Shown: positions 49,300 to 60,020 of the stretch, piece by piece
Layout: every line of letters begins with the position of its first letter
Position numbering within the stretch: position 1 is the first letter of the stretch
Notes under the pieces: model-generated
Databases searched by the model: none
Told to the model about the DNA's origin: nothing
Seen by the model: only the letters and a program-made list of their open reading frames with translations
Source: Candidatus Babeliales bacterium
GTDB lineage: Bacteria > Babelota > Babeliae > Babelales > JBFXEV01
DNA: 64,000 nucleotides
Direction: 5' to 3'
Assembly: GCA_050179755.1 (NCBI GenBank)
Contig: JBFXEV010000001.1
Coordinates: 553,994 to 617,993 of the forward strand
Translations under genes and position numbers: made by a program

Positions 49300-51540
49300 A
49301 TGCAAAAAATTCGTGTTGGTGTGATTATGGGAGGCATGTCAATTGAAGATGAAGTGTCATTTAATTCTGGCAGAACTATTTGTGATCATTTAGATAGTTC
49401 TTGTTACGAAATTATTCCATTATTTCATACGCACGATAATGCTTTATACATTTTACCATGGCGATTTTTGCATCGTGGAAAAATTTCAGATTTTATTGAG
49501 CGATTAGCTTCTGAGGGTAAGCAAGTAACATGGGATCAATTAAAAAACACGATTGATTTCATGTACATTGCAACTCATGGTAGATTCGCAGAAGATGGCA
49601 CGCTCCAAGGCATGCTGGAAGTGCTTGGCATTCCCTACCTTGGTGCAAAGGTATACGCAAGTGCTTTGCGCATGGATAAAATTGTGCAAAAAAGCGTGCT
49701 CCAACGGCATGGAGTTTTGGTTCCACGCTATGCGGTAGTTCGTGCGCATGAAATTGGCCAATTTTCATTAATGAAAGATGATATTTACAAACGCATGGAA
49801 AAAGCAGGCGTTGTGTTCCCCTGCATTGTAAAACCACAAGCAGAAGGTTCTAGCTTGGGCATACGTAAAGTGCATACGCAGGACGATTTGGAAGAAGCAT
49901 GCAAAAAAGCAGCGTGGGTAAATGCTCAATCAGCACAGAATGTGCTGATTGAAGAATGTTTGTTTGGCATGGAATTTACGTGTGTTATATTGACCGATTA
50001 TACAACTGGCCAACCAATATTTTTACCGCCAACAGAAATTGTGATAGAAGATGGTTCTGATATTTTTGACTATGAACAAAAATATATGCCAGGTCGTGCG
50101 CAAAAATTTACACCAGCGCGTTGCAGCCAAGAGCTTACCGAGCGTATTCAACAGACATGCTATACAGCAATGCGCGCGCTTAATATTACTAACATGAGCC
50201 GTATTGATGGGTTTGTAACACCACATGAAGAAATTTATATTATTGATCCTAATTCTCTTTCTGGTATGGGGCCTGCAAGCTTTTTATTTAAGCAAGCTGC
50301 CGAATATGGCATGAATCATACAGACTTGATAAATCATTTGATTAAAACAGAATTAAAATCCTATAGAATAGGAATGGAAATGAATACTCCCGAGACAAAA
50401 GCTGGTGCGGTTAGTGCAACACATAAATTGAAAGTAGCAGTACTTCTTGGCGGTAGATCAAATGAAAAAGAGATTTCACTTGATTCTGGCAGAAACGTCG
50501 TCTATAAATTATCGCCCAATACATACGATGTCACACCACTTTTTGTGAGCAGCAAGCTTGAACTGTATCGCTTGAATGCAAAATTATTAGTATGTAATAA
50601 TACAGGTGAAATTGAGCGCCAACTAACACCAGATTTGTTTGTTGCTTGGAATGATTTGCCTAAGATTGCAGATTTTGTTTTTATTGGATTGCATGGTGGA
50701 GAAGGTGAGAATGGTGCAATACAAGGCACACTAGAACTTCTTAAATTACCATATAATGGCCCTTCGGTACTGACCAGTGCATTATGTATGAATAAATATG
50801 AAACAAATCAATTGCTTAAGGCGCACGGCTTTGCTGTGCCTGAAAGCGTGCTTATAGAAAAAAATGAATGGCAAAGGGCGCAAGATCAGTGCATTCAAAA
50901 AGTAATTACCACACTTCAGTTCCCGCTTATTTTAAAACCACATAATGATGGCTGTAGTGTTGGTGTACAAAAAATTCTAAATGAACAACAATTAAAACCA
51001 ATGCTTGAAGCGTTCTTTGTAGATCGCATGCAAGCTCTTTTAGAAGTTTGCGTTATTGGCATGGAATTAACTGTTGGTGTAATTGGCAATACTACTGCGC
51101 AAGCATTACCGCCAAGTAAAGCAGTAGCAGCTGCTGGTGTTCTTTCTATGACAGAAAAGTTTTTGCCAGGCGCTGGTGAAAATCAAACTCCTGCGCCACT
51201 TTCTGCTCAAGCAACTGAATTGGTGCAACGCACTATTGAGCACGTATATACAACAGTTGGGTGCAAAGGTTACTCACGCATTGACTGCTTTTATCAAACT
51301 CAAGCAGAAAGCCCTACAGGATTTGAACGCGTGGTTATTTTAGAAATTAATACGCTACCAGCACTTACTCCTGCAACGTGCCTTTTTCATCAAGCTGCAG
51401 AGCTTGGCATGAAGCCAATGGATCTCATTGATAAGATTGTGCAACTTGGGTTAGAACAACATAATGGTGAGACTGCAAAGGAAATGAACGTTAATAAAGT
51501 GCGCCACGCATCACAAACAGTTCATCTGGATGTAAAGTAA
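49300..51540 (+). CDS. ddl: D-alanine--D-alanine ligase family protein with two tandem Ddl modules
   Basis: GG.S.E..(V/I)S..SGR twice; HG..(A/G)E(D/N)G..QG.LE twice; KP...G(S/C)S.G twice; RIDG / RIDCF; EINTLP. Confidence 0.88.
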   Translation: MQKIRVGVIMGGMSIEDEVSFNSGRTICDHLDSSCYEIIPLFHTHDNALYILPWRFLHRGKISDFIERLASEGKQVTWDQLKNTIDFMYIATHGRFAEDGTLQGMLEVLGIPYLGAKVYASALRMDKIVQKSVLQRHGVLVPRYAVVRAHEIGQFSLMKDDIYKRMEKAGVVFPCIVKPQAEGSSLGIRKVHTQDDLEEACKKAAWVNAQSAQNVLIEECLFGMEFTCVILTDYTTGQPIFLPPTEIVIEDGSDIFDYEQKYMPGRAQKFTPARCSQELTERIQQTCYTAMRALNITNMSRIDGFVTPHEEIYIIDPNSLSGMGPASFLFKQAAEYGMNHTDLINHLIKTELKSYRIGMEMNTPETKAGAVSATHKLKVAVLLGGRSNEKEISLDSGRNVVYKLSPNTYDVTPLFVSSKLELYRLNAKLLVCNNTGEIERQLTPDLFVAWNDLPKIADFVFIGLHGGEGENGAIQGTLELLKLPYNGPSVLTSALCMNKYETNQLLKAHGFAVPESVLIEKNEWQRAQDQCIQKVITTLQFPLILKPHNDGCSVGVQKILNEQQLKPMLEAFFVDRMQALLEVCVIGMELTVGVIGNTTAQALPPSKAVAAAGVLSMTEKFLPGAGENQTPAPLSAQATELVQRTIEHVYTTVGCKGYSRIDCFYQTQAESPTGFERVVILEINTLPALTPATCLFHQAAELGMKPMDLIDKIVQLGLEQHNGETAKEMNVNKVRHASQTVHLDVK

Positions 51541-51555
51541 AATTTTTTTAGATCT

Positions 51556-51594
51556 AAAAAAATGGAGGAAGTGATTTCTCACTTCCTCCAAAAC
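51556..51594. terminator. Bidirectional terminator
   Basis: TGGAGGAAGTGA-tttc-TCACTTCCTCCA flanked by A runs, between convergent genes. Confidence 0.75.
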
Positions 51595-51630
51595 AAACAA
51601 CTCACGCTGTTCTAATTGTTTATCATATCC

Positions 51631-54357
51631 TTATGAATATGCTGCAAGTATATCTTGAGCGATCTTCTCTGCAATTACATAGCATACACCATTCGGCCAA
51701 CGCGCGCTTACTGGCGTAACGCTCATATCTGCAATATAGAGATCTTGCATACCAAATACCTTGCCATTTTGATCAACAACCGCTAATGGATCGCCTACTA
51801 CACCCATCTTACAGGTTCCCATAGCGTGATGCCCACCGGTATAATTGAGTAAGAAGGTTCGTAATTTCGCTTGATCAACATCAGCTATGCTGTTGAATTC
51901 TACTACACCATCCAATAGAATGTCTTCTGGAGATGGGAATAGGAGCTTTTCAAAGTAAGCAGGAGATGTCGCTTTTAAGGCTGTCCAAACAGGGAATACC
52001 GTATTATTCATCACATCAATCCAAACTTGTAGATCGTGTGGATGTTCAAGATATGGCATATGTATGAACGGTGGCACGGTAGGGTCACTAGATACCAGTT
52101 TTACAAATCCTTCTGATAGGTTGTCTTGTTCTTGTTCTAAGAGCAGACCTAGTATGTTGTTAGGATCTACCATAATAGGCAAGAATGCAGCATCGCCAGT
52201 AATAGTTGTTACACCACCACCAAATACGCCAGGATTAGTTGGATATAATAATGTTATCGTGGTGACACCAGGAACATTATTACGAGTAACTGTAGGAAGC
52301 CCGTTAAATGCTGAAGCAGTAAACTTGCCGTTATAGTTTGGATTGCTATTACCTTCTACCGTAAATCCTCCTGATGACACTATTGATGCTGGTATGGTAA
52401 ATGTTACTGACCATGGACCCGTATCAGGTGGCGTTGGAGCAACTGGTGCTGCAGCAGAAGTAACGGTGATAGGGCCAGGATTTGCCGTTGGATTAGTTGT
52501 ATCAAGTAAAATATTGTGGAATGTGTTTCTGGTATTGGTGCTATAAATTGCAGGAACGTTTCTGAGCCCTGACCAGAACTTTTGCACAAATGGATCTGTA
52601 GATTCACAGTTAATAAAGAATAGGCTGCCAGCAACAAAGAGTAAATCAAAAGCTGGTGGAATACCATTGGCTCTGTCAGTTGGATTTACAAACGTAGAGA
52701 GAGTATTGAATGTTAAGAAAGAGTTAATGGCTCCCTCTGCTTTTTGCCAAACTAAAAACAGTTCGGTAGAGTCAAGCAAATGTTGCCCTACGCCAGGCAA
52801 ATGGAGTTTTGACTCTATGCCCATTGGTTCTAAATCAAATTTATTACCAATTCCTGAAAGGTTGAGAATTTGAGGCGTATTGAAAGAACCCGCACAAAGT
52901 ATTACAGCTTTTTTTGCATATACTTTGCAGGTATCTTTTTTCTTTGCAGCAACGCCATTAAATCGAGCATCACCACGAGTGCCACCATATCCTGCTTGTG
53001 AGGTGTTTGGATTGCGACCAGTTTGGTAAATGTTCCAACCCTCTAGATATTCAACACCTTTTGCCTGGTTATCTTTAAGTATTAGATTTGTTACTAATAC
53101 TTCAGACTTAATAGTTAGATTTGGTCTGTTTTGGGCATCATAAAGATATGTATTTGCAGAAGATACTCGTTGAAGGAGTTGGAGTGCGGCAGGATCTAAT
53201 GTTGGATCATTCAGATCTTGGTATTCTTGAGGCACTTTAAATCCAGTGTCTCCATATTTAGGAAAGTTATATACTGCAAATGGTACGTTATTTGCAAAAT
53301 CTCCTGGCGCAGGAGCATTACCAGGCTCTGTAATGGTGGCATTGAGAACTTGGAAATTTAATGTGGCATTAAGAATACTTAAACCACCAAACATTGCAGT
53401 AGGTGGGTAATCAAGATCTACAAGCGCTGCAACGCCTGGTGCTGCAAGTGGATAATCAAAACTGCTTAACGTAGTACCAACTACCTCTTGAAGAACAGGA
53501 GTAAACTCATCTGGGAATCCATGAACGAGAGGAATTTCGCCATCAAACCCGTACCATGCAGGATCAAACCCTCCAAATTCACCTGCGGCTAAAGCAGGAT
53601 TATAAAGTGGTAAACTGCCTGGAGTGGGTGGTACTGCAATGATTGCTTGTGAACGATTTTCAATTTTTTTATAAATTGGCACAAGCGGGCTTGCTGGTGT
53701 GCTTGCGTCCCAATCGGTTAAACCAAGTGCAACCCATTGGTTCCAGTTATAGGGTGCGTTGCGAACATCAATGTTATTATTATGTGATGAGCATCCACCC
53801 CATTGAGCGCCTCTGGTGTACGTAGTGCTGTTAAAACCGTTGGGGCGATCTGTTTGCTCATAATACCACCAACTGCCAAAGCCTCTGTTGAGCTGTGCCC
53901 CATTAAAAGGAGAACCTCCACGATTATATTTTCCCCAATTGTAATCGCCGGGTTGAGGCACATTAGCTGGAGATGGTTCTGGTAATAATTCTGATTCGCG
54001 AGCATCATCTCTGCCAGCTTCAAGCACGCATACAGTAAATTCGCCGCTTTCACTCAAGCGGTTTGCAAGCACGCAACCGGCTTGACCTGCACCAACGATT
54101 ACAAAATCAAACTTTTCTTTTTTGCAATGATTCTTTTTCTTCTTGCATTTATCTTTTTCCTTTTTGCATGGCTTTGGGCAACAAGGATTGTGCGGGCGAT
54201 TGTGATGCTTTTTGCGCTCACTACGTGTTATGTTTTGATCACACTCTGTGCTTTGCGTGTCTGTTCTTGCCAGTGCCATATAAGGCGTAACTATATTGAG
54301 TAGTAAACTGTAAAAAATAAGCTGTGCAAACATTCGTTTGCCATATTGTTTTTTCAT
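51631..54357 (-). CDS. Secreted GMC oxidoreductase 1 (with beta-rich insert)
   Basis: GAGQAG, RG..WGGCSSHN, TPQILNLSGIG, LPGVGQHL, HHAMGTCKMG, IADMSV. Confidence 0.92.
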   Translation of the reverse strand: MKKQYGKRMFAQLIFYSLLLNIVTPYMALARTDTQSTECDQNITRSERKKHHNRPHNPCCPKPCKKEKDKCKKKKNHCKKEKFDFVIVGAGQAGCVLANRLSESGEFTVCVLEAGRDDARESELLPEPSPANVPQPGDYNWGKYNRGGSPFNGAQLNRGFGSWWYYEQTDRPNGFNSTTYTRGAQWGGCSSHNNNIDVRNAPYNWNQWVALGLTDWDASTPASPLVPIYKKIENRSQAIIAVPPTPGSLPLYNPALAAGEFGGFDPAWYGFDGEIPLVHGFPDEFTPVLQEVVGTTLSSFDYPLAAPGVAALVDLDYPPTAMFGGLSILNATLNFQVLNATITEPGNAPAPGDFANNVPFAVYNFPKYGDTGFKVPQEYQDLNDPTLDPAALQLLQRVSSANTYLYDAQNRPNLTIKSEVLVTNLILKDNQAKGVEYLEGWNIYQTGRNPNTSQAGYGGTRGDARFNGVAAKKKDTCKVYAKKAVILCAGSFNTPQILNLSGIGNKFDLEPMGIESKLHLPGVGQHLLDSTELFLVWQKAEGAINSFLTFNTLSTFVNPTDRANGIPPAFDLLFVAGSLFFINCESTDPFVQKFWSGLRNVPAIYSTNTRNTFHNILLDTTNPTANPGPITVTSAAAPVAPTPPDTGPWSVTFTIPASIVSSGGFTVEGNSNPNYNGKFTASAFNGLPTVTRNNVPGVTTITLLYPTNPGVFGGGVTTITGDAAFLPIMVDPNNILGLLLEQEQDNLSEGFVKLVSSDPTVPPFIHMPYLEHPHDLQVWIDVMNNTVFPVWTALKATSPAYFEKLLFPSPEDILLDGVVEFNSIADVDQAKLRTFLLNYTGGHHAMGTCKMGVVGDPLAVVDQNGKVFGMQDLYIADMSVTPVSARWPNGVCYVIAEKIAQDILAAYS

Positions 54358-54727
54358 TATGAATCTTTCTAAAACATTATTGAACTACTTTTTTCCTGCT
54401 CGTTTTAAGATGAGTTCGAGCGGCTCTTTTTTTGTTTCCCTCCTCTTTATTTTTTGTTTAACGTTATCTCACGTTTATAATATATGCTTCAATTTTATGA
54501 TTTAATTTTTACAATAGCATTTATTTATAATGTTGCAAATGGGGTGCTTTTTTTACAAAAGCCCGATAATACCTTAAAATCCTATTTATTTATTAAATAA
54601 AAAAGGCCTTATTAAGGTCATGCGGCATTTCCCTTTTTTTAGAGGTTTTTTGATTTCCTCCTAATAGGCAGATGCGGAATAATTAAAATAAGTAAGTGCT
54701 ATAATTTCTATAGTGATCCTAAAAAGA

Positions 54728-54780
54728 GTACTGCCTTGCTGCGTGTTGCTCTTAAAACAATACGTACAACAGGGCAGTAC
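54728..54780 (-). terminator. Long hairpin terminator after GMC 2
   Basis: GTACTGCC...GGCAGTAC stem followed by a T-run on the minus strand. Confidence 0.6.
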
Positions 54781-54813
54781 CAAGAAAATTAATTCTCTTT
54801 GTTTACTTATCGT

Positions 54814-57519
54814 TTATGCATATGCTGCAAGAATATCTTGAGCGATCTTCTCTGCAATTACATAGCACGTACTATTAGGCCACCGCACGCTCACAGGTGT
54901 AACGCTCATATCCGCAATGTACAGGTTTTTCATGCCAAATACTTTGCCATCTTGATCAACAACAGCCAAAGGATCTGCCGCTGTGCCCATCTTGCATGTT
55001 CCCATAGCGTGATGCCCCCCAACATAATTGAGTAAGAAAGTTCGTAGTTTTGCTTGATCAACGTCAGCTGCACTGTTGAACTCAACTATACCATCAAGCA
55101 GAATGTCTGCTGGAGATGGGAATAAGAGTTTCTCAAAATAAGCGGGAGTTGTTGTTTTTAATGCCTCCCAAACAGGAAATACCGTGTTATTCATCACATC
55201 TACCCAATTTTGTAAATCTTGCGGATGTTCAAGATATGGCATATGTATAAATGGTGGCACTGTAGGGTCTGTAGATACCAATTTTACGAAACCTTCTGAT
55301 AGATTATCTTGTTCTTGTTCTAACAGTAGTCCGTGCGCGCTAATAGGATCTACCATAATAGGTAAGAATGCAGCATCGCCAGTAATAGTTGTTACACCAC
55401 CACCAAATACGCCAGGATTAGTTGGATATAATAATGTTATCGTGGTGACACCAGGAACATTATTACGAGTAACTGTAGGAAGCCCATTAAATGCTGAAGC
55501 AGTAAACTTACCGTTATAGTTTGGATTGCTATTACCTTCTACCGTAAATCCTCCTGATGACACTATTGATGCTGGTATGGTAAATGTTACTGACCATGGA
55601 CCCGTATCAGGTGGTGTTGGAGCAACTGGCGCTGCAGCAGAAATTACTGTTATAGGCTCAGGATTTGCTGTTGGATTTGTTGTATCCAGTAAAATATTGT
55701 GGAATGTATTTCTGGTATTGGTGCTATAAATTGCAGGCACGTTCCTAAGCCCTGCCCAGAATTTTTGCACAAAGGGATCAGTAGTTTCACAACTAATACT
55801 AAAAATAGTGCCACCAAGAAAGATTAAATCAAAAGCTGGTGGAATACCGTTGGCCTTATCTGTTGGATTTACAAATGTTGAAAGCGTATTGAAGTTTGTT
55901 GGAGTGTTAACTCTTCCTTCAGGCGTTTGCCATAATAAAAATAATTCAGTATCATCAATTAAGTGTTGGCCTACGCCAGGCAAATGGAGTTTTGACTCTA
56001 TGCCCATTGGTTCCAAATCAAACCTATTGCCAATACCTGAAAGGTTTAGAATCTGTGGCGTATTGAAAGCACCTGCACAAAGCACTACAGCTTTCTTTGC
56101 ATAGACCTTGCATGTACTTTCTTTTTTTGCTGCAACGCCATTAAATCGAGCGTCGCCAACAGTGCCACCATAACCGGCTTGTGAGGTATTTGGATTACGA
56201 CCAGCTTGATAAATATTCCAGCCCTTCAAATATTCAACACCTTTGACCTTGTTGCTATCTGATATAATGAGGTTGGTCACTAATACTTCTGATTTTACTG
56301 TCAGATTTCGTCTGTTTTCAGCATCATACAAATATGTATTAGCTGATGAAACTCTTTGGAACGGTTGAAGTGCTGCAGGATCTAGAGTTGGATCATTGAG
56401 ATCTTGAAACTCTTCAGGTACTTTAAATCCAGTGTCTCCATATTTAGGGAAATTGTATACCGCAAATGGCACGTTGTTTGCAAAGTCACCGGGAGCAGGT
56501 GCATCGCCCGGCTCTGTAAGAGTAGCATCCAAAATTTGGAATGTTAACGTGTTATTAAGAATACTGAGTCCGCCTTCTCGTGTCATTGGTGGATAATCAA
56601 GATCTACAAGGTTTGCAACGCCTGGTGCTGCAAGTGGATAATCAAAACTGCTTAACGTAGTACCAACTACCCCTTGAAGAACAGTAGTAAATTCATCTGG
56701 GAATCCATGCAAGATAGGAACTTCGCCATCAAATCCGTACCATGCTGGGTCAAATCCTCCAAAGGCTCCTGGAGTTCCTGGATTATAGAAAGGAACGGCG
56801 GTACCAAAAATTGCTTGAGAACGATTTTCAATTTTTTTGTATATTGAAACAAGTGGACTAACTGGCGTGCTTGCATCCCAATCGGTCAAGCCAAGCGCAA
56901 CCCATTGATCCCAATTATACGGTGCATTTCGAATCCAAAGATTATTGTTATGTGATGAGCATCCACCCCATTTTGCGCCTCTGGTGTACGTAGTGCTATT
57001 AAATCCATTGGGGCGATCTGCCTGCGTATAGTACCACCAACTGCCAAAGCCTCTATTTAAAAGAGGTCCTACAAAAAGAGGGCCGCCACGAGTGTATTTT
57101 CCCCAATGATAATCGCCTGGTTGAGGCACGTTGGCAGGTGACGGCTCAGGTAATAATTCTGAAAGTCGAGCATCATCTCTGCCCACTTCAAGTACACAAA
57201 CAGTAAATTTACCATTTTCACTTAATCGATTGGCAAGCACGCACCCGGCTTGACCTGCGCCTACGATTACAAAGTCAAACTTTTCTTTTTTCCTCTTTTT
57301 CTTCTTGCATTTATCTTTTTCCTTTTTGCATGGTTTTGGGCAACAAGGATTGTGAGGGCGATCGTGATGCTTTTTGCGCTCACCACGTGTTATGTTTTGA
57401 TCACACTCTGTGTTTTGCGTGTCTGTTCTTGCGAGCGCCATATAAGGCGTAACTATATTGAGCAGTAAACTGTAAAAAATAAGCTGCGCAAACATTCGTT
57501 TGCCATACTGTTTTTTCAT
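54814..57519 (-). CDS. Secreted GMC oxidoreductase 2 (close paralog of GMC 1)
   Basis: Same motifs as GMC 1. Confidence 0.92.
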   Translation of the reverse strand: MKKQYGKRMFAQLIFYSLLLNIVTPYMALARTDTQNTECDQNITRGERKKHHDRPHNPCCPKPCKKEKDKCKKKKRKKEKFDFVIVGAGQAGCVLANRLSENGKFTVCVLEVGRDDARLSELLPEPSPANVPQPGDYHWGKYTRGGPLFVGPLLNRGFGSWWYYTQADRPNGFNSTTYTRGAKWGGCSSHNNNLWIRNAPYNWDQWVALGLTDWDASTPVSPLVSIYKKIENRSQAIFGTAVPFYNPGTPGAFGGFDPAWYGFDGEVPILHGFPDEFTTVLQGVVGTTLSSFDYPLAAPGVANLVDLDYPPMTREGGLSILNNTLTFQILDATLTEPGDAPAPGDFANNVPFAVYNFPKYGDTGFKVPEEFQDLNDPTLDPAALQPFQRVSSANTYLYDAENRRNLTVKSEVLVTNLIISDSNKVKGVEYLKGWNIYQAGRNPNTSQAGYGGTVGDARFNGVAAKKESTCKVYAKKAVVLCAGAFNTPQILNLSGIGNRFDLEPMGIESKLHLPGVGQHLIDDTELFLLWQTPEGRVNTPTNFNTLSTFVNPTDKANGIPPAFDLIFLGGTIFSISCETTDPFVQKFWAGLRNVPAIYSTNTRNTFHNILLDTTNPTANPEPITVISAAAPVAPTPPDTGPWSVTFTIPASIVSSGGFTVEGNSNPNYNGKFTASAFNGLPTVTRNNVPGVTTITLLYPTNPGVFGGGVTTITGDAAFLPIMVDPISAHGLLLEQEQDNLSEGFVKLVSTDPTVPPFIHMPYLEHPQDLQNWVDVMNNTVFPVWEALKTTTPAYFEKLLFPSPADILLDGIVEFNSAADVDQAKLRTFLLNYVGGHHAMGTCKMGTAADPLAVVDQDGKVFGMKNLYIADMSVTPVSVRWPNSTCYVIAEKIAQDILAAYA

Positions 57520-57680
57520 GTACAAATCTTTCTATTAAATTATTAAACTACTTTTTATTTTAAGCTGAAATGTAGTGGTATCCCCTTTCTTTGTGTAGAG
57601 AGCTTACCAAGATGCTGTCTTGAGTAAGCTCTAGATTTGATGATTTAATTAATGTTATCAACAATAAATTCAGAAACTGC
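57424..57680. repeat. Duplicated junction (3' gene end, hairpin, leader, signal-peptide codons), also at ~59793-60055
   Basis: Shared GCTGAAATGTAGTGGT...GTGTAGAGAGCTTACCAAGATGCT.TCTTGAGTAAGCTC.AGATTTGATGA.TTAATTAAT. Confidence 0.85.
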
Positions 57681-59888
57681 TTCTCCTACAACATATCCAG
57701 CACGTGACGTGTTAAATGCGTGTAACCAAGGTGTTACATAGACGCTAGTATCGGCAATTCTGAGGTTATCTACACCAAGTACTCTGCAGCGTGGGTCAAG
57801 TACCGTGTTTTTGTTTTTAGCTTTACCCGTTTTTTTATCTATGGCGCCCATTTGGCATGTACCGCACATTTGGTGACCGTATGCACTCCAATTCTTAATG
57901 TATTGTTTTAATTCTGCAACTGAGCCTGCATTTGGCCCTGGGATAATTTCCCATGGTTGCCCTGGAATGCCGTAAACATCTTTTATTGCAGGGTCTTCCA
58001 TCACGGCGCGTATTTGTTGCACCATGAGTGCTATTTGTTCAATAGCTGTCTCATCTTCATAAAGTTGTTCATGGATAATAGGAGCAATTCTTGGATCATT
58101 GCTTGCAAGTCGAATGGTTCCTGGCGAAACATGGGGTTTTAAGGTTGCAGTAAGCCAGGAGACAAATACACGAGGAAATGGAGCAAATTGAGCAAACCAT
58201 AAATCAGCTTTGATAGGTATGCCTGTTTGATTAATGGGATCATTAAAATCAGGAACCAATAGTTTTCTTGAATAATCAAAATAACTGTCTGGGTACTGTG
58301 GACTTACATACGTTTGGTCAAAATTGAAGAAGAAGACTTGATAAGGAATAGCATTTATATCAGGAAACGGATATTGGCCAGGTTGTGGTGAAGGGGGTTG
58401 ACCCGCACTATACCATTCCCATTGAATTTCTGAGGTGTTGGTATCAAATGTATTAGGGAATGCTTCAACAGAAGCTTTGGCAACAGCATAAATATCAGGG
58501 TTTGTTTCCTGTAAATTTGGATAGAGAGCTAATAATACCGCTGCTTGCCAACTTGGTATGAAGACTAATGGGTTGATCTCAAAGATTATTGCTACTTCAA
58601 CGTGATCTAAAAGGTCACTACCAACGCCAGGAAGATCTACTTTTGGTTTTATACCAACGCTTTGTAAATGTGCTTTTGGACCAATTCCTGAAAGCATAAG
58701 AAGTTGCGGTGTTTGAATTGCACCAGCGCAGACTATTACTTCTTTTCTTGCTAAATAATTCGTTGCTACTCTAGGTAAAGATTGATCAGTGGTAAGAGCA
58801 GTACATGTTTCTGGATTTACACAGTCACTTGGATCTTCACATACAATGTTAAACGCGGCACCAGATTGTACTTCTTGTAAGTATGCTTTATTGTATGCTT
58901 TTACACCACATGCTTTATATTTATTTTTGCCACATTTATTTTCTTTAAGAATAATTTCTGCGGCAAGCGTGTTAAATTCAACATGTATGTTACCGGTTTG
59001 TTCTTTCACGGGAGTTAGTAATGCTTGATATACATATGATCTTGTTCCTTCAGTTGTTATTTGTATGTCAGCATTACCAACGCCATCAGGTTCTTGAGGA
59101 TTGCAGAAATTTTCTCGAAAAGGAACGTTGATAGTATCAACAATTACATTTGAAATAGATTGAAGCAATGGTTCAACTGGAGTATGTTGAATGCTTAGCC
59201 ATCCTTGAGTTCCTGGGCAATCATCACCTGGTTGTGCATATAATACATTTTCCATTTTTTTAAATAAACGGTTTATGTTGCTGCCAAGCCAATAATCGTC
59301 TTCAATAAGTTTGGCAATGTTATCATATACTTGGAGTGATCCAACGCCATCATTTAAAGCTTGTATAGAAACAGATCCGCCAGCGCCTAAGCCGCGAGGG
59401 TATGCATAATAAATGCCATTTTGATCAGTTGAAACAAATCCTGCCAGCGGTTGAGTTGCATTCCAAGTACCGCAATTGGTTGAATTTGGATCCATATTGA
59501 ATCTGTTTCTAAGAGATGCTAAACCAATTGGGGCTTCAATTAAGGTTTTATCAAATTGCACTAATGGATCAGTTGATTGCAAACTTGTATCAGGGCCTGC
59601 TTCCAGCACAATTACTGAAAAACCAGCTTGCGCAAGCCGCGAAGCTACAACACATCCGCCAGCCCCTGCTCCTACTACAATATAATCAGCAGTATAATCG
59701 AATGACCCATTACATTTAAAAGCATTTTTTTGACAATTGTTGGCGCGTGAACCACGTGATATATTTTGATCGTATTTTGTGCTTTGCGCGTTTGTTCTTG
59801 CGAGCGCAATAGAGGGCGTAATTGTGTTGAGCAGTAAACTGTAAAAAATAAGCTGCGCAAACATTCGTTTGCCATACTGTTTCTTCAT
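57645..59888 (-). CDS. Secreted GMC oxidoreductase 3 (catalytic His position is Gln)
   Basis: [38 protein letters not shown]. Confidence 0.9.
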   Translation of the reverse strand: MKKQYGKRMFAQLIFYSLLLNTITPSIALARTNAQSTKYDQNISRGSRANNCQKNAFKCNGSFDYTADYIVVGAGAGGCVVASRLAQAGFSVIVLEAGPDTSLQSTDPLVQFDKTLIEAPIGLASLRNRFNMDPNSTNCGTWNATQPLAGFVSTDQNGIYYAYPRGLGAGGSVSIQALNDGVGSLQVYDNIAKLIEDDYWLGSNINRLFKKMENVLYAQPGDDCPGTQGWLSIQHTPVEPLLQSISNVIVDTINVPFRENFCNPQEPDGVGNADIQITTEGTRSYVYQALLTPVKEQTGNIHVEFNTLAAEIILKENKCGKNKYKACGVKAYNKAYLQEVQSGAAFNIVCEDPSDCVNPETCTALTTDQSLPRVATNYLARKEVIVCAGAIQTPQLLMLSGIGPKAHLQSVGIKPKVDLPGVGSDLLDHVEVAIIFEINPLVFIPSWQAAVLLALYPNLQETNPDIYAVAKASVEAFPNTFDTNTSEIQWEWYSAGQPPSPQPGQYPFPDINAIPYQVFFFNFDQTYVSPQYPDSYFDYSRKLLVPDFNDPINQTGIPIKADLWFAQFAPFPRVFVSWLTATLKPHVSPGTIRLASNDPRIAPIIHEQLYEDETAIEQIALMVQQIRAVMEDPAIKDVYGIPGQPWEIIPGPNAGSVAELKQYIKNWSAYGHQMCGTCQMGAIDKKTGKAKNKNTVLDPRCRVLGVDNLRIADTSVYVTPWLHAFNTSRAGYVVGEAVSEFIVDNIN

Positions 59889-60020
59889 GTACAAACCTTT
59901 CTACTATATTATTAAACTGTTTTTTCATCAATTTTTATGCTGAAATGTAGTGGTGTTTTCTCTTCTTTGTGTAGAGAGCTTACCAAGATGCTATCTTGAG
60001 TAAGCTCCAGATTTGATGAC

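Noticed and set aside
54358..54727. Possible riboswitch or sRNA in the long leader of GMC 1
   Set aside because: Only weak hairpins in AT-rich DNA and no recognisable aptamer; an Rfam/Infernal search would be needed
52064..55729. Duplicated plus-strand ORFs (52064, 52343, 55184, 55526)
   Set aside because: Antisense shadows of the duplicated GMC insert
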